Shown here one piece after another: positions 26,474 through 37,187 of a stretch of 64,000 nt of DNA; position 1 is the stretch's first letter, and the number at the start of each line of letters is the position of its first letter. The translations under genes were made by a program, and so were the position numbers. The notes below the pieces were generated by a model that saw nothing but the letters and a program-made list of their open reading frames with translations, was not told the origin of the DNA and did not search any database. This DNA is from a virus, in IMG/VR virus record IMGVR_UViG_3300045988_147882. One strand, written 5' to 3'.

Positions 26474-27268
26474 GTGATGATGAGAAAAATGATTGTAACC
26501 GGCAGTGAGGGATTTATTGGTAAAGCCCTTTGCCGAGAATTAGCTAAAAGGGATGTCGAAGTCATAGGACTTGATCGAAAGTCTGGTATTGAAGCCACAA
26601 AAGTATGTGAGCTCCTGAAAAATGGGGGTATTGATTGTGTGTTCCATTTGGCGGCGCAAACTAGTGTGTTTAATGGAAACCTGGAACAGATCAGGAAGGA
26701 TAACATTGATACTTTCATGCGAGTAGCTGATGCTTGCAATCAAAATCATGTGAAGTTAATATATGCCAGTTCGTCAACGGCTAATCCGGAGAATACCACT
26801 TCTATGTATGGAATAAGCAAGTATTTCGATGAACAGTATGCATCTATCTATTGTAAGGCTGCGACCGGGTGCCGGCTGCATAATGTATATGGACCTAATC
26901 CGCGAAAAAGAACTCTTCTCTGGTTCCTGATGGAAAAGGAAAACGTGTCATTATACAACTGTGGTCAGAATATCCGGTGCTTCACTTACATAGATGATGT
27001 CATTGAGGGGCTTATCTATTCGGTGGGTTGTAACCGGCAACTTATCAATATTTGTAACGTCCAACCTGTGACTACTATGTATTTTGCTTCTTTAGTAAGA
27101 TACTACAAACCGCTTGAAATTGAGCTAATTAATGAAAAACGGGATTTTGACAATTTAGAGCAGTCGGTGAACCGGGATATCTATTTAGTACCTTTGTCTT
27201 ACACATCTGTCGAGGACGGAGTAAAGAAGATCTTTGATGAAAGGAAAGGGAAAGATATGTCGTATTGA
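26474..27268 (+). CDS. NAD-dependent epimerase/dehydratase (extended SDR)
   Basis: VTGSEGFIGKAL (GxxGxxG) and YGISK (YxxxK). The start is ambiguous among 26474-26489. Confidence 0.75.
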   Translation: MMMRKMIVTGSEGFIGKALCRELAKRDVEVIGLDRKSGIEATKVCELLKNGGIDCVFHLAAQTSVFNGNLEQIRKDNIDTFMRVADACNQNHVKLIYASSSTANPENTTSMYGISKYFDEQYASIYCKAATGCRLHNVYGPNPRKRTLLWFLMEKENVSLYNCGQNIRCFTYIDDVIEGLIYSVGCNRQLINICNVQPVTTMYFASLVRYYKPLEIELINEKRDFDNLEQSVNRDIYLVPLSYTSVEDGVKKIFDERKGKDMSY

Positions 27269-27800
27269 CGACTGGGATAAGCCGGAAGCGGTGAAATGTA
27301 AGAGCTGGTCTCATCAGGAACGGTTATGTGATCTGAAAGAAAAGGTATCACTTCATAAAAAGGGTGATATCTATTACATCTCCCAGTTCACCCGTTCCAA
27401 GACTGGTACCAGCTTTTCAGAAATTAAACAGTCGGAGGAACTTGCATCATTCTTTGCAGAGAGAGCGTGTGAGTTTCTCCACCGCTTCATAGTAGGGGGA
27501 TATGAAGGATGGTGTATAGTCACCACACCGCGACGGAGACACAACGAGGGCTTTCATTTTTCAACCTCTATCTGTACGAAAATTGCGGGGGCGGTGAAAA
27601 TACCATTCTATGAGAATGCAATCCAGTGCCTAACTAAAGATAGATTGAATCCAGAATTCTTTCTTCTTCGTCCGATAAAGGAAAAGAAAATAATAGTGTA
27701 TGATGACATATTAACAACTGGCAGCACACTGCTTGCCACCTATGAGCTTTTAAAGGATAGAGAGCAGCTTCTTTTTCTCGTAGGAATAAATAACAAATGA
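27234..27800 (+). CDS. ComF-like phosphoribosyltransferase
   Basis: PRPP-binding motif KIIVYDDILTTGSTL. Confidence 0.7.
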   Translation: MMKGKGKICRIDDWDKPEAVKCKSWSHQERLCDLKEKVSLHKKGDIYYISQFTRSKTGTSFSEIKQSEELASFFAERACEFLHRFIVGGYEGWCIVTTPRRRHNEGFHFSTSICTKIAGAVKIPFYENAIQCLTKDRLNPEFFLLRPIKEKKIIVYDDILTTGSTLLATYELLKDREQLLFLVGINNK

Positions 27801-27801
27801 T

Positions 27802-28347
27802 ATGGGAAAGCAAGAGAAACCATTAACATTCAAGCAAGAGAAATTCTGTAAATACTACGTTGATACAGAAGGTAATGCTAGTGAAGCATATAGGATGTCT
27901 TATGATGCGTCAAAGATGAAACCTGAAACGATTTGGAGTGCTGCTAGCAGATTGTTAGCCAATAGCAAGGTTAGTGCAAGGATAAGTGAGATTAAGCAAC
28001 AGAGGGCGAAAGAGACTGAAGTAGAGAGGAAAACGGTCGAGAAGGTATTAATGGATATTGTACTCGCTGATCCCGATGATTTACATTATGTAGACCCTGT
28101 TACCGGGAAAACAAAGATGAGAAGTCCGTCCCAACTTCCAAAGCGCGCCCGTAATGCGTTGAAGAAGATTCAGAATAATAGAGGAGTGGTTAATTATGAG
28201 TTCAACGGCAAGACAGAAGCCGCCCGGATTCTTGGTGCCTGGAATGGATGGGAAGCCGATAAGAATGTCAACATCAAAGGTGGAGACGGAAATAAAGTCG
28301 GTGAACTTCGTATCGGATTTGAAGATAATGAGAATTCGGAAGAATAG
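27802..28347 (+). CDS. Terminase small subunit
   Basis: FCKYYVDTEGNASEAYRMSY ... SKVSARISEIK (P27-type terS). Directly upstream of terL. Confidence 0.8.
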   Translation: MGKQEKPLTFKQEKFCKYYVDTEGNASEAYRMSYDASKMKPETIWSAASRLLANSKVSARISEIKQQRAKETEVERKTVEKVLMDIVLADPDDLHYVDPVTGKTKMRSPSQLPKRARNALKKIQNNRGVVNYEFNGKTEAARILGAWNGWEADKNVNIKGGDGNKVGELRIGFEDNENSEE

Positions 28348-28408
28348 AACAATTTGAACTGCAAAATCCGGTATTCATCCTACGGAGAAACCTTACTTTT
28401 AGAACAAT

Positions 28409-30424
28409 ATGGTTATAAATTATAAGAAGCTAAATCCTAACGGATTCTATCTATTGAAGTACTTGAATGATGAGACTATCCGTTTTATCATTCTCTATGG
28501 AGGTTCATCTTCCGGTAAGTCGTATAGTGTGGCACAAACAATACTGATACAGACATTACAGGATGGTGAGAACACTCTTGTCATGCGTAAGGTAGGAGCT
28601 TCTATTCTCAAAACCATTTATGAAGATTATAAGGTCGCTGCGATCGGTCTTGGCATCTCCCATTTGTTCAAATTTCAACAGAATACTATTAAATGTCTGG
28701 TAAATGGTGCGAAGATAGATTTCTCCGGTCTTGACGATCCGGAGAAGATAAAAGGTATCTCTAACTATAAGCGAGTTCAGTTAGAGGAATGGTCAGAGTT
28801 CGAGCATCCGGATTTCAAGCAGCTACGTAAGCGTTTGCGTGGTAAGAAAGGGCAGCAGATTATTTGTACCTTTAACCCGATCAGTGAAAGCCATTGGATA
28901 AAGAAAGAGTTTATTGATAAAGATAAATGGCATGATGTACCGATGACTGTTACCATTGCCGGCAAAGAGTTGCCGGAAGAACTTACCAAGGTCAAATCCG
29001 TAAGAAAGAACGCACCCAGGCAAATACTTAATCTTCGTACTAAGCAAATCGAGGAACAGGCCCCTAATACAGTTATTATCCAATCTACCTATTTGAATAA
29101 TTTTTGGGTTGTTGGTAGTCCTGACGGTACGTATGGTTTCTATGATGAGCAATGTGTTGCCGACTTTGAGTATGATAGAGTTCACGATCCGGACTATTAC
29201 AATGTGTACGCATTGGGAGAATGGGGTGTCATTCGTACCGGTAGTGAGTTCTTCGGTTCCTTCAATCGTGGCAAACATTCCGGTGAGCATAAGTATGTTC
29301 CGGACTTACCTATTCATATCTCTGTCGATAACAACGTGCTTCCGTATATCAGCGTATCATATTGGCAGGTCGATTTCACAACTGGTACCAAGGTTTGGCA
29401 ATTCCATGAAACGTGTGCTGAAAGCCCCAACAATACAGTAAAGAAAGCTTCCAAACTTGTTGCAAAGTATCTGAAATCTATCCAATATTCTGATAGGTTA
29501 TATGTACATGGTGATGCATCAACGAAAGCGGCAAACAGCATTGACGATGAGAAGCGTTCCTGGATGGACTTATTCATAGATACATTGCAGAAAGAAGGAT
29601 TCGAGATTGAAGATAAGGTAGGCAACAAGAATCCGAGTGTTGCCATGACCGGTGAGTTTATCAATGCTATCTTTGATTGTACTGTTCCCGGTATAGAGAT
29701 ACACATTGACGAATCATGTTCGGTATCTATTGAGGACTACATGAGCGTACAGAAAGATGCTAACGGTGCCATTCTTAAAACTAAGGTCAAGAATAAAACT
29801 ACCTTGCAGACTTATGAGGAGCACGGACACCTGTCTGATACGTTCCGATATGTCGTTGTGGATTTGTGTAGTGAGCAGTATATAGAGTTTAGTAACCGGC
29901 GAAAAAGAAACTTGTATGCTTGTAATGGCACTATTAATTTCTTCAATCCAGATACCGAATGTAAATACACTAAGAAGATTCTATATGTGATGCCGAATGT
30001 TAATGGGAAATTTGTCCTTATACAAGCGTTTAGATGTGGAAATAAATGGCATGTTGTTGATGTCGTATTTATGGATACTACTTCAACAGAAGATATACGT
30101 TCTTCTATTTTGTCCCATGAATCTGATTCATGTGTAATTGAATGTACAGATGCTTATTTCCCTTTTATCCGGGAACTCCGTTCTAGTACAAACAAGGAGA
30201 TTCGTGTAATGAAAGAGTTTCCGGATGTAGATAAGCGTATTGCTGCAACATCTGATTATGTGAAAAATAGTATTCTTTTTTCTGCATCAAAAGTAGAATC
30301 TGATACGGAATATGTTGCCTTCATGAATAATCTGATGGACTATAATAAAGATAGTGAAACAAAAGAGGCCAGTGCTGTTTTGAGTGGGCTAGTACAGTTC
30401 GTTGTAAAATTAGGTTTGAATTGA
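28409..30424 (+). CDS. Terminase large subunit
   Basis: Walker A YGGSSSGKS. Size and position fit. Confidence 0.85.
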   Translation: MVINYKKLNPNGFYLLKYLNDETIRFIILYGGSSSGKSYSVAQTILIQTLQDGENTLVMRKVGASILKTIYEDYKVAAIGLGISHLFKFQQNTIKCLVNGAKIDFSGLDDPEKIKGISNYKRVQLEEWSEFEHPDFKQLRKRLRGKKGQQIICTFNPISESHWIKKEFIDKDKWHDVPMTVTIAGKELPEELTKVKSVRKNAPRQILNLRTKQIEEQAPNTVIIQSTYLNNFWVVGSPDGTYGFYDEQCVADFEYDRVHDPDYYNVYALGEWGVIRTGSEFFGSFNRGKHSGEHKYVPDLPIHISVDNNVLPYISVSYWQVDFTTGTKVWQFHETCAESPNNTVKKASKLVAKYLKSIQYSDRLYVHGDASTKAANSIDDEKRSWMDLFIDTLQKEGFEIEDKVGNKNPSVAMTGEFINAIFDCTVPGIEIHIDESCSVSIEDYMSVQKDANGAILKTKVKNKTTLQTYEEHGHLSDTFRYVVVDLCSEQYIEFSNRRKRNLYACNGTINFFNPDTECKYTKKILYVMPNVNGKFVLIQAFRCGNKWHVVDVVFMDTTSTEDIRSSILSHESDSCVIECTDAYFPFIRELRSSTNKEIRVMKEFPDVDKRIAATSDYVKNSILFSASKVESDTEYVAFMNNLMDYNKDSETKEASAVLSGLVQFVVKLGLN

Positions 30425-30550
30425 ATTGCGTTATATGTGATTGAAAATAAGGATGTTGTATTGTTGATATTATGTTTTCGTAATTTCAAGATTTTAGTGT
30501 TTTGGAAAACGGTTTTCCTTTTTACTTAGTTTTGCTCAAAAAGGAACCCA

Positions 30551-31996
30551 ATGAATATTTTTTTTGATAATCTATTTGGAAAGAAATCTAAGACTAAAGG
30601 TGAAGTTGAAATAGTTACTTCATCTGAAAATAAGGATATAGATACTCAAAGTGGCAAGGCTGAAAAATGGTCAGTTGCATACATTGAGGACCTTACTAGT
30701 CCTATTGTAGCGGGCAGTAACTATCTAACGCTATTCAGTACGATACCTGAAGTCTTTTTCCCGATCGATTATATTGCATCGCGAATTGCAGGTGCTAATT
30801 TTCAATTGAAGAAAACTAAGGATGACAGTATAGTATGGGCGAATAAACGAATGAATGGCATACTTAGTCGTCCTAATTGTTTGATGCGTTGGAAAGAATT
30901 GATTTATCAGCACCATATTTATAAATTGTGTACAGGGAATAGCTTTATTCGTGCCGCTATGCCTGATGTCTTTTCTACAGCTGAAAAATGGAGATATTGC
31001 GATAATTATTGGGTGCTACCTTCTGATAAGACTATTGTAGAACCTGTTTACGGGAATATACCATTGTTTGGCATTGCCCAAACAGAAGATATTATTCGTA
31101 GCTATCGTTTGGAGTATGGTTGGAATGGTAGTTTGGAAATTCCTCCATACCAAATATGGCATGATAGAGACGGAAGTGCAGAGTTCTATTCAGGGGCTAT
31201 GTTCTTGAAGTCCAAAAGTCGTCTTGCTTCCCAAAATAAGCCAATGTCAAATCTAATAGCTGTATATGAAGCTAGAAATGTGATTTATGTAAAGCGGGGT
31301 GGATTGGGCTTTATTGTAAGTAAGAAAACTGATGCTACCGGTTCAATAGCGTTGACTGACGATGAAAAGGAACAGCTTTTGAAGCAAAATTTTGAGAAGT
31401 ATGGTGTAAGGAAGGGCCAGGTACCTTATGGTATTTCAGATGCAGACATTGACTTTGTTCGTACTAATCTTTCTATTGCAGAGTTACAGCCGTTTGAAGA
31501 GACTTTGGCTGATGCAATAAATATTGCAGGGGCATACGGCATCCCTGCCGTTCTTGTTCCGCGAAAAGACCAGTCCACATTTAGCAATCAGGCTACTGCT
31601 GAAAAGAGCGTATATTGTTCAACTGTTATTCCTATGGCCAAACAATTCTGCAAGGATTTTACAGCTTTCCTTGGTCTTGAAGGAGGGGGATATTATTTGG
31701 ATTGTGATTTCTCTGATGTTGATTGTTTGCAGGAAGGATTGAAAGAATCCGAAGACGTAAAGACAAATATAAATAAACGTTGTCGTGAACAATTCTCATG
31801 TGGGCTTATAACACTCAATGACTGGCGTGCCCAAATAGGCGAAAGTATGATAGAAAATCCCTTGTTTGACAAATTGAAATTTGATATGTCAGATGAGGAA
31901 CTGGATAAAGTAAATCGAGTTTTTAACACTAAAAGTGGAGATGAAAAAGATGGAAGAGAAAATCAAAAGCCTTCAGTACAAGACAAAGGCAAATGA
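30551..31996 (+). CDS. Portal protein
   Basis: 481-aa ORF between terL and the prohead protease. Confidence 0.7.
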   Translation: MNIFFDNLFGKKSKTKGEVEIVTSSENKDIDTQSGKAEKWSVAYIEDLTSPIVAGSNYLTLFSTIPEVFFPIDYIASRIAGANFQLKKTKDDSIVWANKRMNGILSRPNCLMRWKELIYQHHIYKLCTGNSFIRAAMPDVFSTAEKWRYCDNYWVLPSDKTIVEPVYGNIPLFGIAQTEDIIRSYRLEYGWNGSLEIPPYQIWHDRDGSAEFYSGAMFLKSKSRLASQNKPMSNLIAVYEARNVIYVKRGGLGFIVSKKTDATGSIALTDDEKEQLLKQNFEKYGVRKGQVPYGISDADIDFVRTNLSIAELQPFEETLADAINIAGAYGIPAVLVPRKDQSTFSNQATAEKSVYCSTVIPMAKQFCKDFTAFLGLEGGGYYLDCDFSDVDCLQEGLKESEDVKTNINKRCREQFSCGLITLNDWRAQIGESMIENPLFDKLKFDMSDEELDKVNRVFNTKSGDEKDGRENQKPSVQDKGK

Positions 31997-33011
31997 TGTT
32001 GATGAGAAGGGTATCGTTACCGTTGCGGTGAACGGTATCGGTGTGAAGGACTCACAAAATGACATATCTATGCCCGGCTCATTCAATAAGACATTGAAAG
32101 AAAATATTGGTCGGATGCGTTGGTTCCTGAATCATCGTACAGACCAGTTGTTAGGTGTTCCGTTGAGTGGTAAGGAAACAGAAGGTAATTTGGTTATGGT
32201 CGGTCAGTTAAATCTTGAAAAACAGATTGGCCGTGATACGTTAGCTGATTATAAGCTGTTTGCAGAGAATGGAAGAACCCTAGAACACTCTATCGGAGTA
32301 AAAGCCATCAAAAGGGATTCTATCGATCCTTGTAAGGTGCTTGAATGGCGTATGATGGAATATTCAACATTGACAAGTTGGGGGAGTAATCCACAGACGT
32401 TCCTTGTGAATATCAAGTCTGCTACTGCTGACCAGGTAAAGGAAGCTGTTGATTTCGTCCGGAAAGCGTTCTTGCAGCATGGATATAGTGATGAACGTTT
32501 AAAAGGATACGATATGGAATTAAGTTTATTACTGAAGAGCCTCAACGGTGGTGCCGTTGTCTCATGTCCTCATTGTGGTTATCAATTTGATTATGATGCA
32601 GAAACAGAGCATACCTTTGCCCAACAGGTATTAGATTATGCTGCTGATTATCAGAGATGGATAACACAGGACATTGTAAGGGAAGAAATGGAGAAGCTCA
32701 CTCCGGAGATTAGAACCCAAGTAATTTCTCTTATTGATTCTGTCAAATCAGAAAAGAAAGAATTTACTCAAAAGGGTCTACAAGACCTTATGAATTATGT
32801 AAGATGTCCCCACTGTTGGGGAAAAGTATATCGTTCGAATGCTATTCTGCAAAACACTTCTGAAAATACCACCGGAAAAAATGAGCCGTCTGTTGACACT
32901 CAAGAAAAGAATGACGGGGAAAATGGGAACGATGAAGTAACGATTAAAGCCGCTGATAATGGCACTTTACTCGATTTCAAGAGTTTGAATAGCTGTTTCG
33001 AGAATAAATAA
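31935..33011 (+). CDS. Prohead protease (HK97/S78-like) with C-terminal Zn-ribbon/scaffold-like extension
   Basis: GIGVKDSQNDISMPGSFNKTL ... WFLNHR. Also CPHCG and CPHCWG pairs. Confidence 0.7.
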   Translation: MEMKKMEEKIKSLQYKTKANDVDEKGIVTVAVNGIGVKDSQNDISMPGSFNKTLKENIGRMRWFLNHRTDQLLGVPLSGKETEGNLVMVGQLNLEKQIGRDTLADYKLFAENGRTLEHSIGVKAIKRDSIDPCKVLEWRMMEYSTLTSWGSNPQTFLVNIKSATADQVKEAVDFVRKAFLQHGYSDERLKGYDMELSLLLKSLNGGAVVSCPHCGYQFDYDAETEHTFAQQVLDYAADYQRWITQDIVREEMEKLTPEIRTQVISLIDSVKSEKKEFTQKGLQDLMNYVRCPHCWGKVYRSNAILQNTSENTTGKNEPSVDTQEKNDGENGNDEVTIKAADNGTLLDFKSLNSCFENK

Positions 33012-33028
33012 CTTAAAATTTAAATTTT

Positions 33029-34603
33029 ATGCCTAAAAAATTTACAGTATCAGATTTTAATCTGAAAACAGACGGTCTGCCGGCAGAACAGAAAACTTTC
33101 ATGGAAAACATTGTCGGCATGATGTGTGAAGTAGTTAACAAGTCACTTGAAGGATTTGCCTCACCGGAGGAGGTAACGAAACAGTTTGGTGACATCAATA
33201 ATCTATTGAAAGCCTATGATGGAGAAAAGTTCCAGCAATTGGTAAAGGACAACGAGCAACTTGTAGAACAAGTTAAAACTCTAGGTGAAAGTATCGAGAA
33301 AATGAAGCAGAAAGGTCTTTCTATGGATACTATCAACAAGTTCGATGAGAAGTTGAACGAGATGCTTGATTCTGAAAAATTCAGAGATTTCGCAGAAGGA
33401 AAAACACGCAAATCAGGAGAATTTGACGGCTTCTCCTTGAAAGATGTCGTTTCCATGACTGACAATTACACCGGTGATTTGTTGATTACTCAACAACAGA
33501 AACGTGTTGTGACTCAGGTTGCCAACAAAAAGTTGCATATGCGTGATGTATTAACGACGTTGACTGCTGATCCTGCATACCCTCAACTTGCCTATGCACA
33601 AGTATATGCTTTCAACCGCAATGCCCGTTTTGTAACAGAGAATGGGCGTTTGCCTGAATCAAGCATCAAGGTAAAAGAGATACAGACAGGAACTAAGCGC
33701 CTTGGTACTCATATCCGTATCTCAAAACGTATGTTGAAATCAAGAGTGTACATTCGTTCCTACATCTTGAACATGCTTCCTGAAGCTGTTTGGATGGCAG
33801 AAGACTGGAACATCTTGTTTGGTGACGGTAATGGTGAGAATTTGCTTGGTATTATTAATAATACTGGGGTGACTTCTGTAGAGAAGATTATCAGTACAGC
33901 CATTGTTACAGGTGCCGCCGGTGCTGTAAAAGCTATTACCGGATATAACGGTGATAAGGATGTGATTGTAGAGTTTGCAGAACCACAGGATTTGATTCTT
34001 GATGGAATGAGTATCACGTTCGCTGGTGCCGCTGTTCTTACAGAACTGAACAAAACACACGCTCTTGTGAAAATGGAAGATGGTCGTATCCTTATTCCTG
34101 GTGTCGCGTTCTCCGGTGCTGAAACGGCTACGGATAAAATGACATTCAGTGTTCATGAAGCCGGCTTTAAGAACATTGAGGAACCCAACTCTGAAGATGT
34201 AGTGAAAACAGCTTTCGCCGCAATGACATATGCCCAGTATTTTCCGAATGCTATTATTCTTAATCCAATGACTGTTAACGGTATGGAATCAGAAAAAGAT
34301 ACGACAGGACGTAATCTTGGTATCGTTAAAATGGTTGATGGGGTGAAATATATTGCCGGTCGTCCGATTATCGAGTATGGTGGTATTCTTCCAGGTAAGT
34401 ATCTTTTAGGTGACTTTAACCAAGCCGCAAATTTGGTTGATTATACCACTTTGACACTTGAATGGGCTGAAGATGTGGAGACCAAGCTTTGCAATGAGGT
34501 TGTGCTGATGGCACAAGAAGAAGTTATCTTCCCGATTTATATGCCGTGGGCTTTCGCTTATGGGGATTTGGCCGCATTGAAGACTGCAATAACTAAAGCG
34601 TAG
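33029..34603 (+). CDS. Major capsid protein (HK97 fold with N-terminal coiled-coil delta domain)
   Basis: Position after the protease, size, and an N-terminal coiled coil. Confidence 0.7.
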   Translation: MPKKFTVSDFNLKTDGLPAEQKTFMENIVGMMCEVVNKSLEGFASPEEVTKQFGDINNLLKAYDGEKFQQLVKDNEQLVEQVKTLGESIEKMKQKGLSMDTINKFDEKLNEMLDSEKFRDFAEGKTRKSGEFDGFSLKDVVSMTDNYTGDLLITQQQKRVVTQVANKKLHMRDVLTTLTADPAYPQLAYAQVYAFNRNARFVTENGRLPESSIKVKEIQTGTKRLGTHIRISKRMLKSRVYIRSYILNMLPEAVWMAEDWNILFGDGNGENLLGIINNTGVTSVEKIISTAIVTGAAGAVKAITGYNGDKDVIVEFAEPQDLILDGMSITFAGAAVLTELNKTHALVKMEDGRILIPGVAFSGAETATDKMTFSVHEAGFKNIEEPNSEDVVKTAFAAMTYAQYFPNAIILNPMTVNGMESEKDTTGRNLGIVKMVDGVKYIAGRPIIEYGGILPGKYLLGDFNQAANLVDYTTLTLEWAEDVETKLCNEVVLMAQEEVIFPIYMPWAFAYGDLAALKTAITKA

Positions 34604-34607
34604 GATT

Positions 34608-35030
34608 ATGGATTACATACTTAGAGGTAACGATAAGGATGTAACCAATGTGCTTAAAGAGCAACGCATTCGGATTAATAGAGGGATGATTCAACTCATC
34701 CCTATTTCCGAATGTGGTCTTGTTACAGAAGAAGATGCCCGAAAGACATTGGAATGTATGCTTGCAGAAAAAAATGAAGAGATTGGCAGGCTTACTGCAT
34801 CCATTGCAGAGAAAGATAAGACAATTGTTGAACTGACAGAAGAGCGTGAAACAATGAAAGCTCGCATTGCAGAACTTGAAGTACAGGTGCCTTCTGATGA
34901 AAAGAATCTTCCGGTTGCCGATTCAAAAGATTTGCAAGAGGAAGATGCCAAGGAGGTAACTGTTACAGATGATAAAGCCGTTTCCGTAGAAGATGAAAAG
35001 AAAACCGGGAAAGGCAAGACTTCTAAATAA
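34608..35030 (+). CDS. Hypothetical acidic coiled-coil head-associated protein
   Basis: 140-aa ORF after the capsid gene. Confidence 0.45.
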   Translation: MDYILRGNDKDVTNVLKEQRIRINRGMIQLIPISECGLVTEEDARKTLECMLAEKNEEIGRLTASIAEKDKTIVELTEERETMKARIAELEVQVPSDEKNLPVADSKDLQEEDAKEVTVTDDKAVSVEDEKKTGKGKTSK

Positions 35031-35038
35031 CTATCGCT

Positions 35039-35581
35039 ATGTTGATTGATGTTTCATATTTTATGTCAGGTCCCAGGCATATTGAGAATGTTTCGGTCGC
35101 TGAAATGCCTTCGCCCCAATCTCTTGCTGTGAATGAGGTGATAAATGGGTATATTAAGGCATTTCAGCCCGAATTTCTCCGGAATGTTGTTGGTGTGACT
35201 CTTTCCCAAGCTATCACAGATTATTTGGAGCTTATTGAACGGGAAAAGGAAGATTCTTCAGATGAAGTTGATATTTCAGAAGAGAAGGAAGCCCCCCAGT
35301 CCGGATATGCAGTATTATGCGAGAAGCTGTGTGAACCGTTCGCTGACTATGTCTTTTATCATATTCTTCGTGACGCAAACACCCAGGCTACAATAACCGG
35401 GCTTGTCCGTTTGAAATGTGCTAATGAATATATAGCTCCTTTGAAGAGACAAGTAAGCACATGGAATAGCATGGTAGAGAAGAATAAACAGTTTGTTGAA
35501 TGGGCTATGTCGAATGATTGTCCTTTCGATGTGAAAATAACCAAGAATCTTTTGACCCCAATTAATGCTTTCAATTTATGA
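35039..35581 (+). CDS. Putative head-tail connector protein
   Basis: Called on position only. Confidence 0.4.
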   Translation: MLIDVSYFMSGPRHIENVSVAEMPSPQSLAVNEVINGYIKAFQPEFLRNVVGVTLSQAITDYLELIEREKEDSSDEVDISEEKEAPQSGYAVLCEKLCEPFADYVFYHILRDANTQATITGLVRLKCANEYIAPLKRQVSTWNSMVEKNKQFVEWAMSNDCPFDVKITKNLLTPINAFNL

Positions 35582-36150
35582 TAGATTTAGATATAACAGA
35601 ACTGTTTGAGGAGATTGTAAAGGAACTTCCAGAAGGGCTTGAAATTCTCTATCCAAATGGGAAAGGGGGAACTAAAGTTATGAAGTCCCCAAGGTTGAAT
35701 TACATCTTCGGTAGCAGTCAATATATCAAAGATATTTTAGATGAATACAGTAAGTCTTCTGCCCAGTCTGAAAGGAAGTTTCCATTGGTTGCACTATTCA
35801 CTCCAATTAGTGAGGATAGAGGTGATGCGGATTATTTTTCAAAAGCAAAGGTTTCGTTAATTATAGCATGTTCTTCTTGTAAAGAGTGGAGCAATGAGAT
35901 GCGCAGAACCACATCTTTTAAAAATATCCTTCGGCCAATCTATAAACGTTTATTGGAAGTATTATATGAAGATTCTCGGTTCGACTGCGACTATGACGAA
36001 AAAGTGAAACATAGTTATTCAGAAAACTATTCATATGGCAGATACGGAGCCTATACAGATTCCGGTGAGGCTGTGAGCGAGCCGATTGATGCCATAAATA
36101 TACGCTCGATGGAAATAAAAATTAATAATCTTAATTGTAGAAGAAAATGA
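35578..36150 (+). CDS. Putative head-tail joining / tail completion protein
   Basis: Called on position only. ATGA-type overlaps on both sides. Confidence 0.4.
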   Translation: MIDLDITELFEEIVKELPEGLEILYPNGKGGTKVMKSPRLNYIFGSSQYIKDILDEYSKSSAQSERKFPLVALFTPISEDRGDADYFSKAKVSLIIACSSCKEWSNEMRRTTSFKNILRPIYKRLLEVLYEDSRFDCDYDEKVKHSYSENYSYGRYGAYTDSGEAVSEPIDAINIRSMEIKINNLNCRRK

Positions 36151-36986
36151 GAAAGATTAGAACGTGTAAGGGTTCCCGGATGAACACTGGTAGTTCTGCT
36201 TGTAGCATTGACTGGAAAAAGGTCAAAGGTGCTATCTTGACAGAACATGGTGTCAAACTCCCTGCTGATATAACAGGTGAGAAGTTGCTCGAATTGTGCC
36301 ATGCAGACCGTCCCGGGCGTATTTACCCTATTTTGCCATTCCTGGAGTATGCCAAGAATGGTGGAGAGCCTCAAGTTAATCCTGTAGGGTACGGTGCAAG
36401 TGAATACAACGGGCTTAGCGCTCAAACAGACACCTTCACTTTGAAGAAATTTGATGAGGTTTTGAATGCCCAGCTTCTGAAATGTGCCAATAAAGGATGG
36501 GACGTTTACTTTTGGAATCAGGATAATATGTTGATCGGTTATAATGATGACACTGATATCCTTGCCGGTATTCCGATGTCTACTGTTTACCCGACCGTGA
36601 CACAGTACCCGACCAGTAGTGCTAAGTCTGCGATGACTGTTAGTTTTTCACATGAAGATGTGGAAGACAGCCAATTGCACTTTGACTACGTGCAGTTAGA
36701 CTTCAATCCCAAGAATTTCGTTAAAGGCTTGGTTGATGTTGTGTTTCAAAAGTTGGAGGCCGAAAATACTTACAAAATAGTTGAAGTTGTTGGTGGTTAT
36801 GACCGTACAGAAGAATTTGGCAGTCTTATTGCTGATGGTGCTGCTGAAGTTATGAATAACGTAACTTCTGCTACATATTCGGATGGTATCATTACCATTG
36901 TTCCTAAAGCCGGGGCGGTTCCTTCGTTGAAAGCTCCTTCTGTATTGTATGAAAAAGGAATCAGAGGTATCGAGCAGGTGTCATGA
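36147..36986 (+). CDS. Putative major tail protein
   Basis: 279-aa ORF located before the chaperone-position ORFs and the tape measure. Confidence 0.45.
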   Translation: MRKIRTCKGSRMNTGSSACSIDWKKVKGAILTEHGVKLPADITGEKLLELCHADRPGRIYPILPFLEYAKNGGEPQVNPVGYGASEYNGLSAQTDTFTLKKFDEVLNAQLLKCANKGWDVYFWNQDNMLIGYNDDTDILAGIPMSTVYPTVTQYPTSSAKSAMTVSFSHEDVEDSQLHFDYVQLDFNPKNFVKGLVDVVFQKLEAENTYKIVEVVGGYDRTEEFGSLIADGAAEVMNNVTSATYSDGIITIVPKAGAVPSLKAPSVLYEKGIRGIEQVS

Positions 36987-37138
36987 AGGTAGATAATGTT
37001 ACGTTCGTCGAGGTTGCTGTGAAGGGCATGACGAAGGAAGAGTTTATTAATGCGCACATTAAAGTCGTGTGGCAGGAACTGAAGGAAGCTGACCGCAAGA
37101 AGAAGCTCTCGGAAGTGTACGATGCGATAACTAAGTAA
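36983..37138 (+). CDS. Small hypothetical protein (51 aa, not in the ORF track)
   Basis: ATGA overlap with the upstream stop. Translates as MKVDNVTFVEVAVKGMTKEEFINAHIKVVWQELKEADRKKKLSEVYDAITK. A hairpin follows. Confidence 0.4.
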   Translation: MKVDNVTFVEVAVKGMTKEEFINAHIKVVWQELKEADRKKKLSEVYDAITK

Positions 37139-37141
37139 CCG

Positions 37142-37182
37142 ACGGGCTGGGGTGTGATTACAGCCCGGCCCGTTATATTTTT
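37142..37182 (+). terminator. Terminator-like hairpin
   Basis: ACGGGC..GCCCGT (or the inner GGGCTG..CAGCCC) followed by TATATTTTT. Confidence 0.4.
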
Positions 37183-37187
37183 ACTGT

